A DNA stretch of 64,000 bases. Origin: an uncultured Cytophagia bacterium (lineage in GTDB: Bacteria; Zhuqueibacterota; Zhuqueibacteria; Thermofontimicrobiales; Thermofontimicrobiaceae). The stretch is from positions 13,244 through 77,243 of the forward strand of contig CAYYMH010000001.1 of NCBI GenBank assembly GCA_964472785.1, read 5' to 3'. The translations under genes and the position numbers were made by a program. Within the stretch, counting starts at the first letter, position 1; each line of letters begins with the position of its first letter. This document shows positions 31,921 to 40,539 of the stretch, in pieces. Under the pieces are notes generated by a model. The model made no database searches, was not told the origin of the DNA, and saw only the letters and a program-made list of their open reading frames with translations.

Positions 31921-32431
31921 AAGGTTTTCCTCCTCGCAATAAAAAGTTATAAATTAATTCGACTTACAATTCAAACAACTTTTTTGACAATTATTTTAAG
32001 TTTCTTCAAATTTATAAAATTTATTTATTATTTGCAACATATTTAAAAAACATTTTTTCTTTGATTGAATTCTATCAGCAAGGAACTGTTAAATGTCATA
32101 CAATTGAACCTAAAATTCTGAAATGAATTAAGTTATTTATTTTTTAAGTTTTTGATTAATTATAGAGGTCATCGTCTGTGACGAAGTATGCACTGACGCA
32201 GTCAATGCGCTCCACATAACTACATTAATATAATTAATTTATATTAATAATATAAATGGTCAATTTATTCTATTACACCCAAAAACTTTGTTATTTTAAC
32301 AAAATTTTTTAAAAGATGCTCATGCAAAGCCGCAGAGACGCAAAGATGCCGCAAAGGGAACTATGTAAAATGCCACGCGACTGCTTTGCGACTTAGCCCG
32401 CTTATTGGTGGGTGAGAACTAATTTTTTTAA

Positions 32432-32468
32432 ATCCGTGCAAATCCGCGTTATCCGCGTTATCCGCGTT
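32432..32468. repeat. 9-bp tandem repeat: atccgcgtt x3 perfect plus one degenerate unit
   Basis: seen directly. Confidence 0.8.
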
Positions 32469-32547
32469 CTATTTTGGTTGCGGCTTTGCTGCATTAGGAA
32501 TTTCGGTTGAATAACAAGGACGGAAAGAAGAAACAGTTTGTTTCTCA

Positions 32548-32741
32548 CTATTCAGACAACAAAAAATGCCACAGAGACAAAGAGCGTACAAAGGCATTTC
32601 AATAATAAATTCATAGATTTTATTTTAATGATGTAGTTTTGAAATTTCATCCGAAACCCAATTCACAAAAATGAGAAAAATATCTGCCCTAAACTTTATT
32701 TATTTTTTCTCCGAGTCCTCTGTGACTCGGTAGCTGAATAG
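32548..32741. repeat. MITE-like repeat, copy B (see 5087..5281)
   Basis: same TIRs and same two internal hairpins, about 80% identity. Confidence 0.6.
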
Positions 32742-32763
32742 TAACGTTTGTTTTAATCAAATC

Positions 32764-32800
32764 ATAAAAAAACAGGCGTTGTAAATTCACAACGCCTGCC
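32764..32800 (-). terminator. intrinsic terminator after the RHH gene (caggcgttgt..acaacgcctg plus T7 on the minus strand)
   Basis: 10-bp perfect inverted repeat plus T-run. Confidence 0.5.
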
Positions 32801-32854
32801 TCGTGTAACAGTAACAATAATTATAGGGGATGGATCTCGTAAAGCCTGTTTTAA

Positions 32855-33130
32855 TTACAATACACCAATTCGTTTCAATCGAGCATTAGCACTTATTTCA
32901 ATATCATGAATAATATTTGAAATATTCAGAATTTGATTGTGTCCACTATTTTGCTGTTTTAAGTTATTAATTTCCTTTAAATAATCTTTAATCGCAAGGT
33001 ACTCGTTTATGGGCAACAAAGAGAAAATTGTATCCTTTATGAAATCAGCGGAATTCCTACCAGCCAGTTTACTAATTTGCTCCAACACCTCAACCTGGTC
33101 GTCTGTCAAATCAACATTAATCGTTTTCAT
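32855..33130 (-). CDS. ribbon-helix-helix (CopG/ParD-like) DNA-binding protein. The start is taken at MKTINVDL, which has a strong AGGGGG RBS, not at the upstream ATG at 33220
   Basis: MKTINVDLTDDQVEVLEQISKLAGRNSADFIKDTI matches the RHH beta-alpha-alpha pattern. Confidence 0.55.
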   Translation of the reverse strand: MKTINVDLTDDQVEVLEQISKLAGRNSADFIKDTIFSLLPINEYLAIKDYLKEINNLKQQNSGHNQILNISNIIHDIEISANARLKRIGVL

Positions 33131-33667
33131 CACACTACCCCCTTCATTCATTTTTAAATCCCATGTCTTCAACTCTATTAATATAGCATTAAACACACAT
33201 TTAATTTTATCGTTTTGCAATCAAATTTACAAATTCCATGCCAACTTTAAAACATTCATGTTTTACTTCATTAATTAATTATAGTAATATAAAATAGTTA
33301 GCTACATAACAATCTTAACATATTTAATATCAATTACTTAATTTGTTAATTTGAGCCGATTGTCATTATCTTAAAATTAAAGATAACCTCCTGTCAATTT
33401 TCAAAATGCATAATTATAATTTCCAAATTGAATTTTGGGAATTTCGTTTTTGCATTACTTTGAGCGATAACAGCCAGTTTTTTAAAACTTTCGACTCAAA
33501 AATCTCCGGCTACACTGATATGATTAAAATTTCAATGTTTTTGAATAATCACAAAAATATGTTGCAAAATGAATTATGATTTACTATATTTATGGCATTC
33601 GTTTATCATTTTGTAATAAATGAGAAAACAACTTGTGCCAACCTTTTTACCTAAACTGGAGGGAAAA

Positions 33668-34459
33668 ATGAGGACCATCAAGTTTTTATTTATGTTCACC
33701 CTGTTGTTATCTGTTTCAGCTCTATTCGCCCAAAATTTAATGCAGCAGGCAGACAGTCTGTGGGACATGAGAGGCGAAGGTTTTGAACACGAGACACTTT
33801 TGGCTGACAGCACGAACATCAATCAGGCAATCTCAATTTACAAAGAAATCATCAACAACGCGACTGGCTCCGAAAAGGAAGAAGCAATGTGGAAATTAAT
33901 TCGGGCATATTATTTCAAAGGCCGGTACACAACTCATGATAGTGAACTGAAAAAAGGAATTTACGATCTGGGCAAAGAATTAGGAGAAGAGGGGATAAAA
34001 GAATTTCCTGATTCTCCCGGTGTTAATTTATTTTTAGCCATTGTTTGGGGTGTTTGGGGTGAAGAGTACGGAATTTTCGCCGCAGCCCGAAAAGGCGTTG
34101 CCGGAAAAATAAAAGATTTATGTGAAAAAACGATTGAATTGGATCCCGAATATGATGATGCAGGCGGGTATCGGGTGCTGGGCCGTGTCTATTTTAAAGC
34201 GCCCAAAATCCCCCTTATTCTCGGCTGGCCTTCCGATAAAAAGGCGGTGAAAATTTTAGAGAAAGCATACGAAATCGCTCCGGATAATCTGACGACCAAG
34301 CAATTTTTAGCTGAAGCGCTTTATTCGCGGGATCAGAAAGAGCGAGCGATGGAACTGATGAACGAAATTCTGGCAACATCCGAAGTATCCGAAGGTGCAG
34401 CAGAGGATGCTATCATCAAAAAAGAAGTTAAAGAAAAGCTGGCCGAATGGTCAGAATAA
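33668..34459 (+). CDS. secreted tetratricopeptide-repeat protein
   Basis: signal peptide (MRTIKFLFMFTLLLSVSALFAQ) after a GGAGGG RBS; TPR-like helices. Confidence 0.65.
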   Translation: MRTIKFLFMFTLLLSVSALFAQNLMQQADSLWDMRGEGFEHETLLADSTNINQAISIYKEIINNATGSEKEEAMWKLIRAYYFKGRYTTHDSELKKGIYDLGKELGEEGIKEFPDSPGVNLFLAIVWGVWGEEYGIFAAARKGVAGKIKDLCEKTIELDPEYDDAGGYRVLGRVYFKAPKIPLILGWPSDKKAVKILEKAYEIAPDNLTTKQFLAEALYSRDQKERAMELMNEILATSEVSEGAAEDAIIKKEVKEKLAEWSE

Positions 34460-34483
34460 TAACATGATTCACTGAATTTGAAT

Positions 34484-34518
34484 CAAAAGCCCTTTAGCAA
34501 AACTAAAGGGCTTTTGAT
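34484..34518. terminator. bidirectional intrinsic terminator (aaagcccttta..taaagggcttt)
   Basis: 11-bp perfect inverted repeat between convergent genes. Confidence 0.6.
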
Positions 34519-34559
34519 AATTTATCAAAATATTGTCGCGTACAAAATCATTGGTTCGC

Positions 34560-36926
34560 TCATGAAAAAACCAATCCCACAACCTCATCAATGCTTTCCA
34601 CTAAATGCACACTAATCCCTTGTTTAATTTCAACCGGAATGTCGATCAAATCATTTTTGTTCTGAGCTGGCATAATAACCGACTTAATACCTGCCCGCCG
34701 TGCAGCGAGTAATTTCTCCTTTATCCCGCCAACAGGCAGTACTGTCCCTCGCAAAGAAATCTCACCGGTCATGGCGATTTTATTGTTGATTCGCTGTTGT
34801 TTGAGCAGAGAAATTAAAGATATCACCATCGTAATACCAGCAGAAGGTCCATCCTTTGGAATCGCTCCGGCAGGAACGTGGATATGAAATTGACCCGAGG
34901 TGATCTGTTTTAGATTCAGGTTGAGCTTATTACATTTTGCCTGCACATAAGTTAGCGCTGCCTGAGCCGATTCTTTCATCACATCGCCCATCTGTCCGGT
35001 CAACATCAGTCCTTCTTTGCCCTTGATGTAAGTGGACTCCACAAACAGAATATCACCACCAAACGGAGTCCATGCCAAGCCCGTTGCGACACCAGGCTCA
35101 TTGACACGGTTAGCGATTTCAGAATAATACTTTTCTGGGCCGAGATACTCAGATAAATTTTTAGCGGTGATGGTCGATTTTCCCTCATGGCCCCGGGCAA
35201 TTTGTTTGGCCACTTTCCGGCATATCCTGGCAATTTCTCTTTCCAGATTCCGTAGCCCTGCTTCTCGCGTGTAATCCTTAATGATTTTCTTCTGTGCAGT
35301 TTTATAAAAATAAATGTGTTTTTTGAGCAAACCGTGTTCTCTCAGTTGCTTCGGTACCAGATATTTTTTCGCTATCTGCAATTTCTCTTCTTCGGCGTAG
35401 CCAGGCAATTCAATAATTTCCATGCGATCTTTCAGTGCCGGCGGAATCGGGTCGAGATAATTTGCTGTGGTAATAAAAAACACCTTGGACAGGTCAAACG
35501 GGACATCAAGGTAATGATCCGCAAAGGAGAAATTCTGTTCCGGATCCAAAACCTCCAGCAAAGCGGATGAAGGATCGCCACGGAAATCCTGACCGAGCTT
35601 GTCAACTTCATCTAGCATAAAAACAGGGTTGTTGTAATTTACATTTTTTATTCCCTGAATTATTCTGCCAGGCAAGGCGCCAATATACGTCCGGCGATGA
35701 CCACGGATTTCAGCTTCATCTTTCACACCGCCCAGAGAGATACGGATAAACTTCCGGTCCATTGCGCGCGCAATGGAGCGTCCCAAAGATGTCTTGCCAA
35801 CTCCCGGCGGTCCGACAAAACAGAGAATCGGCCCTTTCATGTCTTTTTTCAATTTTCGTACTGCGAGATATTCTAAAATCCGTTCTTTTACTTTTTCCAA
35901 ATCATAATGATCCTCATCCAATATCTTTTCTGCTTCATCGATATCCAGATTGTCTTCAGTCGATCGGTTCCACGGTAAATGTATTAGCCAGTCGAGATAC
36001 GTTCGGGAAACCGTATATTCCGCTGCGCCAAGCGGCATTCGCATTAACCGTTCCAATTCTTTTTTCGCAATACTTTCGACACCTGCGGGCATCATAGCTT
36101 CTTTGATTTTTTGCTTTAACTCATTGAATTCATGGGTACGCTCATCTGCTTCACCCAGTTCACGCTGGATCGCTTTCAACTGCTCTCTGAGAAAAAATTC
36201 GCGCTGATTTTTGCTCATTTCAGTCTGCACTTGACTCTGAATTCTCGATCCGACTTCAAGTACTTGAATTTCTCGATTCATAAAAATCGTTAATTTTTTC
36301 AAGCGTTCTTTAACATCGAGCGTTTCCAATAATTCTTGTTTTTCGTACAAGCTCAGATTTAGATTTGAAGCTAATAAATCTGAAAGTTTGCTCGGGTCAT
36401 TCATGTTCATTACAGCAATTTGCAATTCATCGGAAAGGTTCGGCATCAATGTCAACAACTTTTGAAACTGGTTAGATATATTCCGAATCAAGGCTTCAAT
36501 TTCCAGTGTCATTTCAAACTTTTCCGGAATCTCTTTTATTATCGCCTGAAAATATGGTTTGTCCTGAACAATATTTTCAATTTGAATTCGTGATATCCCC
36601 TGCACCAAAATACGTATGTTATTATCCGGATAGCGAAGCATTTTCAAAATGTAAGCGGCACTGCCGTATTCAAATAGCGATTCTTTATCCGGGTTTTCAT
36701 TATCAGGTTCAACCTGAGCTACCAACGCCAAAATCTTCGCGTCATCCATGACATCTTCAACCAGTTTTAATGACTTTTTTCGCGCGATTATCAGCGGAGA
36801 GACCATATTAGGATAAACGACAAAATCACGGAGAGGTAAAACCGGAAGCTGTTGGGGAATTTTGATGTTCTTAATTTCATCTAAATCTTTTATTTTTGCA
36901 AAAGTCACATCTTGCATAAAACCCAC
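34560..36926 (-). CDS. lon: ATP-dependent protease Lon
   Basis: GPPGVGKTSLGRSIA Walker A and catalytic DGPSAGITM serine motif. Confidence 0.95.
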   Translation of the reverse strand: MGFMQDVTFAKIKDLDEIKNIKIPQQLPVLPLRDFVVYPNMVSPLIIARKKSLKLVEDVMDDAKILALVAQVEPDNENPDKESLFEYGSAAYILKMLRYPDNNIRILVQGISRIQIENIVQDKPYFQAIIKEIPEKFEMTLEIEALIRNISNQFQKLLTLMPNLSDELQIAVMNMNDPSKLSDLLASNLNLSLYEKQELLETLDVKERLKKLTIFMNREIQVLEVGSRIQSQVQTEMSKNQREFFLREQLKAIQRELGEADERTHEFNELKQKIKEAMMPAGVESIAKKELERLMRMPLGAAEYTVSRTYLDWLIHLPWNRSTEDNLDIDEAEKILDEDHYDLEKVKERILEYLAVRKLKKDMKGPILCFVGPPGVGKTSLGRSIARAMDRKFIRISLGGVKDEAEIRGHRRTYIGALPGRIIQGIKNVNYNNPVFMLDEVDKLGQDFRGDPSSALLEVLDPEQNFSFADHYLDVPFDLSKVFFITTANYLDPIPPALKDRMEIIELPGYAEEEKLQIAKKYLVPKQLREHGLLKKHIYFYKTAQKKIIKDYTREAGLRNLEREIARICRKVAKQIARGHEGKSTITAKNLSEYLGPEKYYSEIANRVNEPGVATGLAWTPFGGDILFVESTYIKGKEGLMLTGQMGDVMKESAQAALTYVQAKCNKLNLNLKQITSGQFHIHVPAGAIPKDGPSAGITMVISLISLLKQQRINNKIAMTGEISLRGTVLPVGGIKEKLLAARRAGIKSVIMPAQNKNDLIDIPVEIKQGISVHLVESIDEVVGLVFS

Positions 36927-37059
36927 CTTAAAGTTTGGAATGAATTATTTGATGTGCCATAAAAAAACCTGAATCAACTTTCCAAATATAACCAAGTTTT
37001 GATACTTTTACAACGAAAATAAAATTAAATATTTTTAAGATTTGAATTTTGGGGTAAGA

Positions 37060-37734
37060 TTATTTTACATTTAACAGATCTTTAAAATCATCATCACTTC
37101 CAATTCCAACCAAAATATCACTGTCTTTTATCACATGATCAGCTTTAGGTACGATCACGAGATTTTCCGGAACTAATTCCTTTATGACCACGATCTGAAT
37201 ACCATAACGATTGGCAACGTCCAATTCTTTCAAGCTTTTCCCTAAAAATGAATTTGGCGGGCCAAATTCCAGAATCGATACGCCAGGGATCAGCGGTATC
37301 GCATCTAAAATATTAACATTCTCCAAACTTTTTGCAAGTCGGTAGGCAACATCCCGTTCGGGAAAGATCACTGTCGTCGCGCCAATGCGATCCAATATTT
37401 TGCCATGGTCTTCGGTGGAGGCTTTGGCAATAATTTCCTTGACCTTCAATTCTTTAAGGTAAAGTGTTACCAGAATACTCGCATCAATTTGATCGCCGAG
37501 ACTCACAATAACAACATCAAATTCATGGATTCCGATTTCGTCCAATGTTTCTTTATCTCTGGCGTCAGCGACTATCGCTTTGGAGACCATGTCTTTGACT
37601 TTGTCAATTCTGGTTTCATTGGTATCAATTGCCATCACCTGAAATCCGGATTCTGATAAATATTTTGTCAAATATGTTCCAAATGCGCTCAAGCCGATTA
37701 TCGCAAAACTTCTGTTGTTCTTATTTCCGTCCAT
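37060..37734 (-). CDS. TrkA/KtrA-family K+ uptake regulatory subunit (RCK_N + RCK_C)
   Basis: Rossmann GLSAFG motif; KtrA-type size of 224 aa. Confidence 0.85.
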   Translation of the reverse strand: MDGNKNNRSFAIIGLSAFGTYLTKYLSESGFQVMAIDTNETRIDKVKDMVSKAIVADARDKETLDEIGIHEFDVVIVSLGDQIDASILVTLYLKELKVKEIIAKASTEDHGKILDRIGATTVIFPERDVAYRLAKSLENVNILDAIPLIPGVSILEFGPPNSFLGKSLKELDVANRYGIQIVVIKELVPENLVIVPKADHVIKDSDILVGIGSDDDFKDLLNVK

Positions 37735-37738
37735 TTTT

Positions 37739-39106
37739 TTATCCTATCAATATTTTTTCTTTTGCAAATTGATAACGCGGACTTTTTTTCTTCCCGATGG
37801 CTATTGCTATGGTAAGCGGTCCGATTCTACCAATAAACATTGTAACGAGAATAATAATTTTTCCCATCGTTGACAAACTAAACGTTGTACCCGCTGATAA
37901 GCCGACAGTTCCGAAAGCAGACACAACTTCGAACAACATTTCCAGATAAAGACCTCTGCTTGCCTGGTGAGAAAGTCCGCCAAGTTCTGAAACCATTAAA
38001 AGCATTGTAGCCACCGTAATAACTGTCGCAGAGAAAAAGGTCACGGATATCGCTTTCGAAACTATATTATCAGGAATCTGGCGGTTTGCTATATTCACGT
38101 CGCCACGATTTTTAAATCGTGCAATTAACATAGCGGCAATCACAGCCGCCGTGCTGGTTTTTATACCGCCGCCACACGATCCCGGGGAAGCGCCAATAAA
38201 CATTAAGATGATCAAAAAAAATAGCGATGTATTTGTCAAAATGGAAATATCGATTGTATTGAAACCGGCAGTTCGCGCGGTGACTGACTGAAACAGAGGA
38301 ATTAAAAACTTATTCTGCAAAGGTTCTCCGGCAAGGACATTTTTATATTCAAAAAACAAGAGGAATAGAAACCCCATCACAATTAAAATGAGTGAAGCCG
38401 TCAACACAATTCTGGAATGAAATGAAAAGGAGCCCTGCTTTTTTGATTTGACATGAAATAAATACCTTTTTCCTTCGCTAAAAACAACAAAGCCCAATCC
38501 ACCGAAAATAATTAAAACCATGAGAACAATATTAATTCTCCAATCTCCACGAAATTCCATAAAGCTGGTTTCAAATAGTGAAAATCCGGCATTGCAAAAC
38601 GCTGACACCGAATGGAACAGCCCGTTGTAACATGCAGCCTTAAAAGGCATTTTATCCCAAAAACAGAACGTCATTAAAAGTGCGCCAACAAGTTCTATCA
38701 ACAGCGTAAACAAAAAAATAGTCTTTAGTAAACCAGCGATGTTTTTAATTGGCGACTGAGTGAGGGTTGATTGGATGACATCCCGATCCGCAATTGAAAA
38801 TTTACCCAGGAGAAGGAAAATAAAAAACGTCGAAAAAGTCATAATCCCCAGGCCACCAAGCTGGATCATCATCAGGATGACGATCTGCCCAAATAGTGAA
38901 AATTTCGTACCGGTATCAACGACAATTAATCCTGTTACGCATGTCGCCGATGTTGAAGTAAAAGCGGCATCAATAAAAGATAATCGGTCTCCGTTTACTG
39001 CCTGGGGAAGCATTAGCAATAAAGTTCCGATAGTGATAATACCAGCGAAACTTATGATAAGGATTCGCGATGGTTCCCAGATATTTCGCTTTTTGATTTG
39101 TAACAT
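37739..39106 (-). CDS. TrkH/KtrB-family K+ transporter membrane subunit
   Basis: multi-TM protein with repeated selectivity-filter-like glycine motifs, adjacent to the ktrA-like gene. Confidence 0.85.
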   Translation of the reverse strand: MLQIKKRNIWEPSRILIISFAGIITIGTLLLMLPQAVNGDRLSFIDAAFTSTSATCVTGLIVVDTGTKFSLFGQIVILMMIQLGGLGIMTFSTFFIFLLLGKFSIADRDVIQSTLTQSPIKNIAGLLKTIFLFTLLIELVGALLMTFCFWDKMPFKAACYNGLFHSVSAFCNAGFSLFETSFMEFRGDWRINIVLMVLIIFGGLGFVVFSEGKRYLFHVKSKKQGSFSFHSRIVLTASLILIVMGFLFLLFFEYKNVLAGEPLQNKFLIPLFQSVTARTAGFNTIDISILTNTSLFFLIILMFIGASPGSCGGGIKTSTAAVIAAMLIARFKNRGDVNIANRQIPDNIVSKAISVTFFSATVITVATMLLMVSELGGLSHQASRGLYLEMLFEVVSAFGTVGLSAGTTFSLSTMGKIIILVTMFIGRIGPLTIAIAIGKKKSPRYQFAKEKILIG

Positions 39107-39228
39107 AAAATAGTTTCAATAAAAAAACGTTGATTCAAATTTTTTTAAAAATTATTATTCAATCATAGCCAACTAAAAACACAAAAATGCACGAAATATT
39201 ATTTTTTGACTTTGCATTTAGTGTAATG

Positions 39229-39921
39229 TCAATTTAATAAAGTTGGATAGAGCCTTTTTAATTTAATTCTAGCATCGTCAGTGGCGAAACGCCAATCTAC
39301 TTTTGCTTCAAGGAAATTTCTTTGTTTTTGCCACTGATTTACTTCATGCTCTAATGTTTGTTTATCTGGAATTCTACGATTCAGACATTGATTTATTAGA
39401 ATTCGCAGTTCGATTTCAGCTATATTAAGCCAACTGCCATGTTTAGGTGTAAAGTGCATTTCTAATCGCTCTATCAATCGCCTGGCTTCTGCTGGCTGAA
39501 AAGTTTCGTACAAAGAGGACCCAGCATGAATATTGAGATTGTCCATAACAAGAATAACTTTATTGGCATCAGGGTAATGAACGTCCAACAATTCCTTTAT
39601 CTGATGAGCCCAATCAATTTTTGTACGATGGTCAGTGACAACCACATAACGTTTCCCGCCAAACGGCTCATAAAACATAAACAGATTACAGACGCCATTG
39701 CGCTCATATTCGTAATCATAGCGCGCAGGCTTTCCAGGCTCTACCGGTATGATATGGCGCAATTGTTTTGTCAATTGTTTGGTTGTTTCATCCATGCATA
39801 CAAGTGGCTCCTCTGGATTATATGGACGTTTGTAGACTTCAAGTATATCTTCCATGGCACAAACAAACGCAGCATTAGCCTTTGGAGGGATACACCACAT
39901 TTGTTTCAACCAGGGTTTCAA
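39229..39921 (-). CDS. IS630 transposase orfB (DDE_3 catalytic domain), in the -1 frame relative to orfA
   Basis: DDE triad context (VCMDET...VVVTDHRTKIDW...LVMDNLNIH...WLNIAEIE). Confidence 0.8.
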   Translation of the reverse strand: MKPWLKQMWCIPPKANAAFVCAMEDILEVYKRPYNPEEPLVCMDETTKQLTKQLRHIIPVEPGKPARYDYEYERNGVCNLFMFYEPFGGKRYVVVTDHRTKIDWAHQIKELLDVHYPDANKVILVMDNLNIHAGSSLYETFQPAEARRLIERLEMHFTPKHGSWLNIAEIELRILINQCLNRRIPDKQTLEHEVNQWQKQRNFLEAKVDWRFATDDARIKLKRLYPTLLN

Positions 39922-40364
39922 TTCGTTTTTTTTAAAGCCTGGCGAATGGCTTCATGGGAGATACTTTCAACATACCCGAGCTCTACTATCTTGTTTGCCA
40001 AAAGACGTAAAGTCCATCTGGTACGCCCTGCTGGCGGCTCGCTACAAGAAAGAGCAATTAAATGCGCTTCAACGTCTCCATCAATCTTTTTACGAGAAAC
40101 GTTCTGTTTATATTCTCGACGCGCTAAAACAGCATCAAACCCTTCTTCTACAAGTTGCTTACGAACGCGTTCAACAGTCTGTACCGTTACATCCAGAGCC
40201 TCACTGATTTCTTCGTCTGACCACGCTGGCCCTTTATCGCTTTGGTCAGCCTTGAGAAGAATGCGTGCACGTGTAAATATCCGTGCTGCACCACGACCAG
40301 ATGAGATTATTTTTTTTAAGTTTTTACGCTCATCATTAGATAATCTTACAATATATTTTTTCAT
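39918..40364 (-). CDS. IS630 transposase orfA (HTH domain); ends 9 nt after an A8 run
   Basis: HTH_Tnp-like N-terminus (MKKYIVRLSNDERKNLKKII...). Confidence 0.75.
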   Translation of the reverse strand: MKKYIVRLSNDERKNLKKIISSGRGAARIFTRARILLKADQSDKGPAWSDEEISEALDVTVQTVERVRKQLVEEGFDAVLARREYKQNVSRKKIDGDVEAHLIALSCSEPPAGRTRWTLRLLANKIVELGYVESISHEAIRQALKKTN

Positions 40365-40539
40365 TGATAACCCCAAAGCTTTGTTAATAAAATGGCTTCG
40401 AGGGAATATAATAAAATATAAAACAAATGTCAATAGTTATTACCCAATAATATTAGCTTGACATGACATTAGCACTATTTCGTGTGTTTCGTGGGCAATA
40501 AATCTAATTTTTCAAAAAGATTCTGATAGCCAATACAAT

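Larger units (their letters stand above)
39190..40495 (-). mobile_element. IS630-family insertion sequence. Boundaries are approximate; imperfect TIRs contain tagtgNtaatgtca
   Basis: HTH orfA plus DDE orfB, imperfect terminal inverted repeats, interrupts the ktrB/ClC intergenic region. Confidence 0.7.

Noticed and set aside
32432-32468. Possible CRISPR array
   Set aside because: Only a 9-bp unit in direct tandem without spacers. No cas genes and no 25-40-bp repeat/spacer periodicity anywhere in the window.
39526-40461. 311-aa ORF on the plus strand
   Set aside because: It runs antisense across both IS630 transposase ORFs, which have clear HTH/DDE motifs. No RBS or homology; a spurious shadow ORF.
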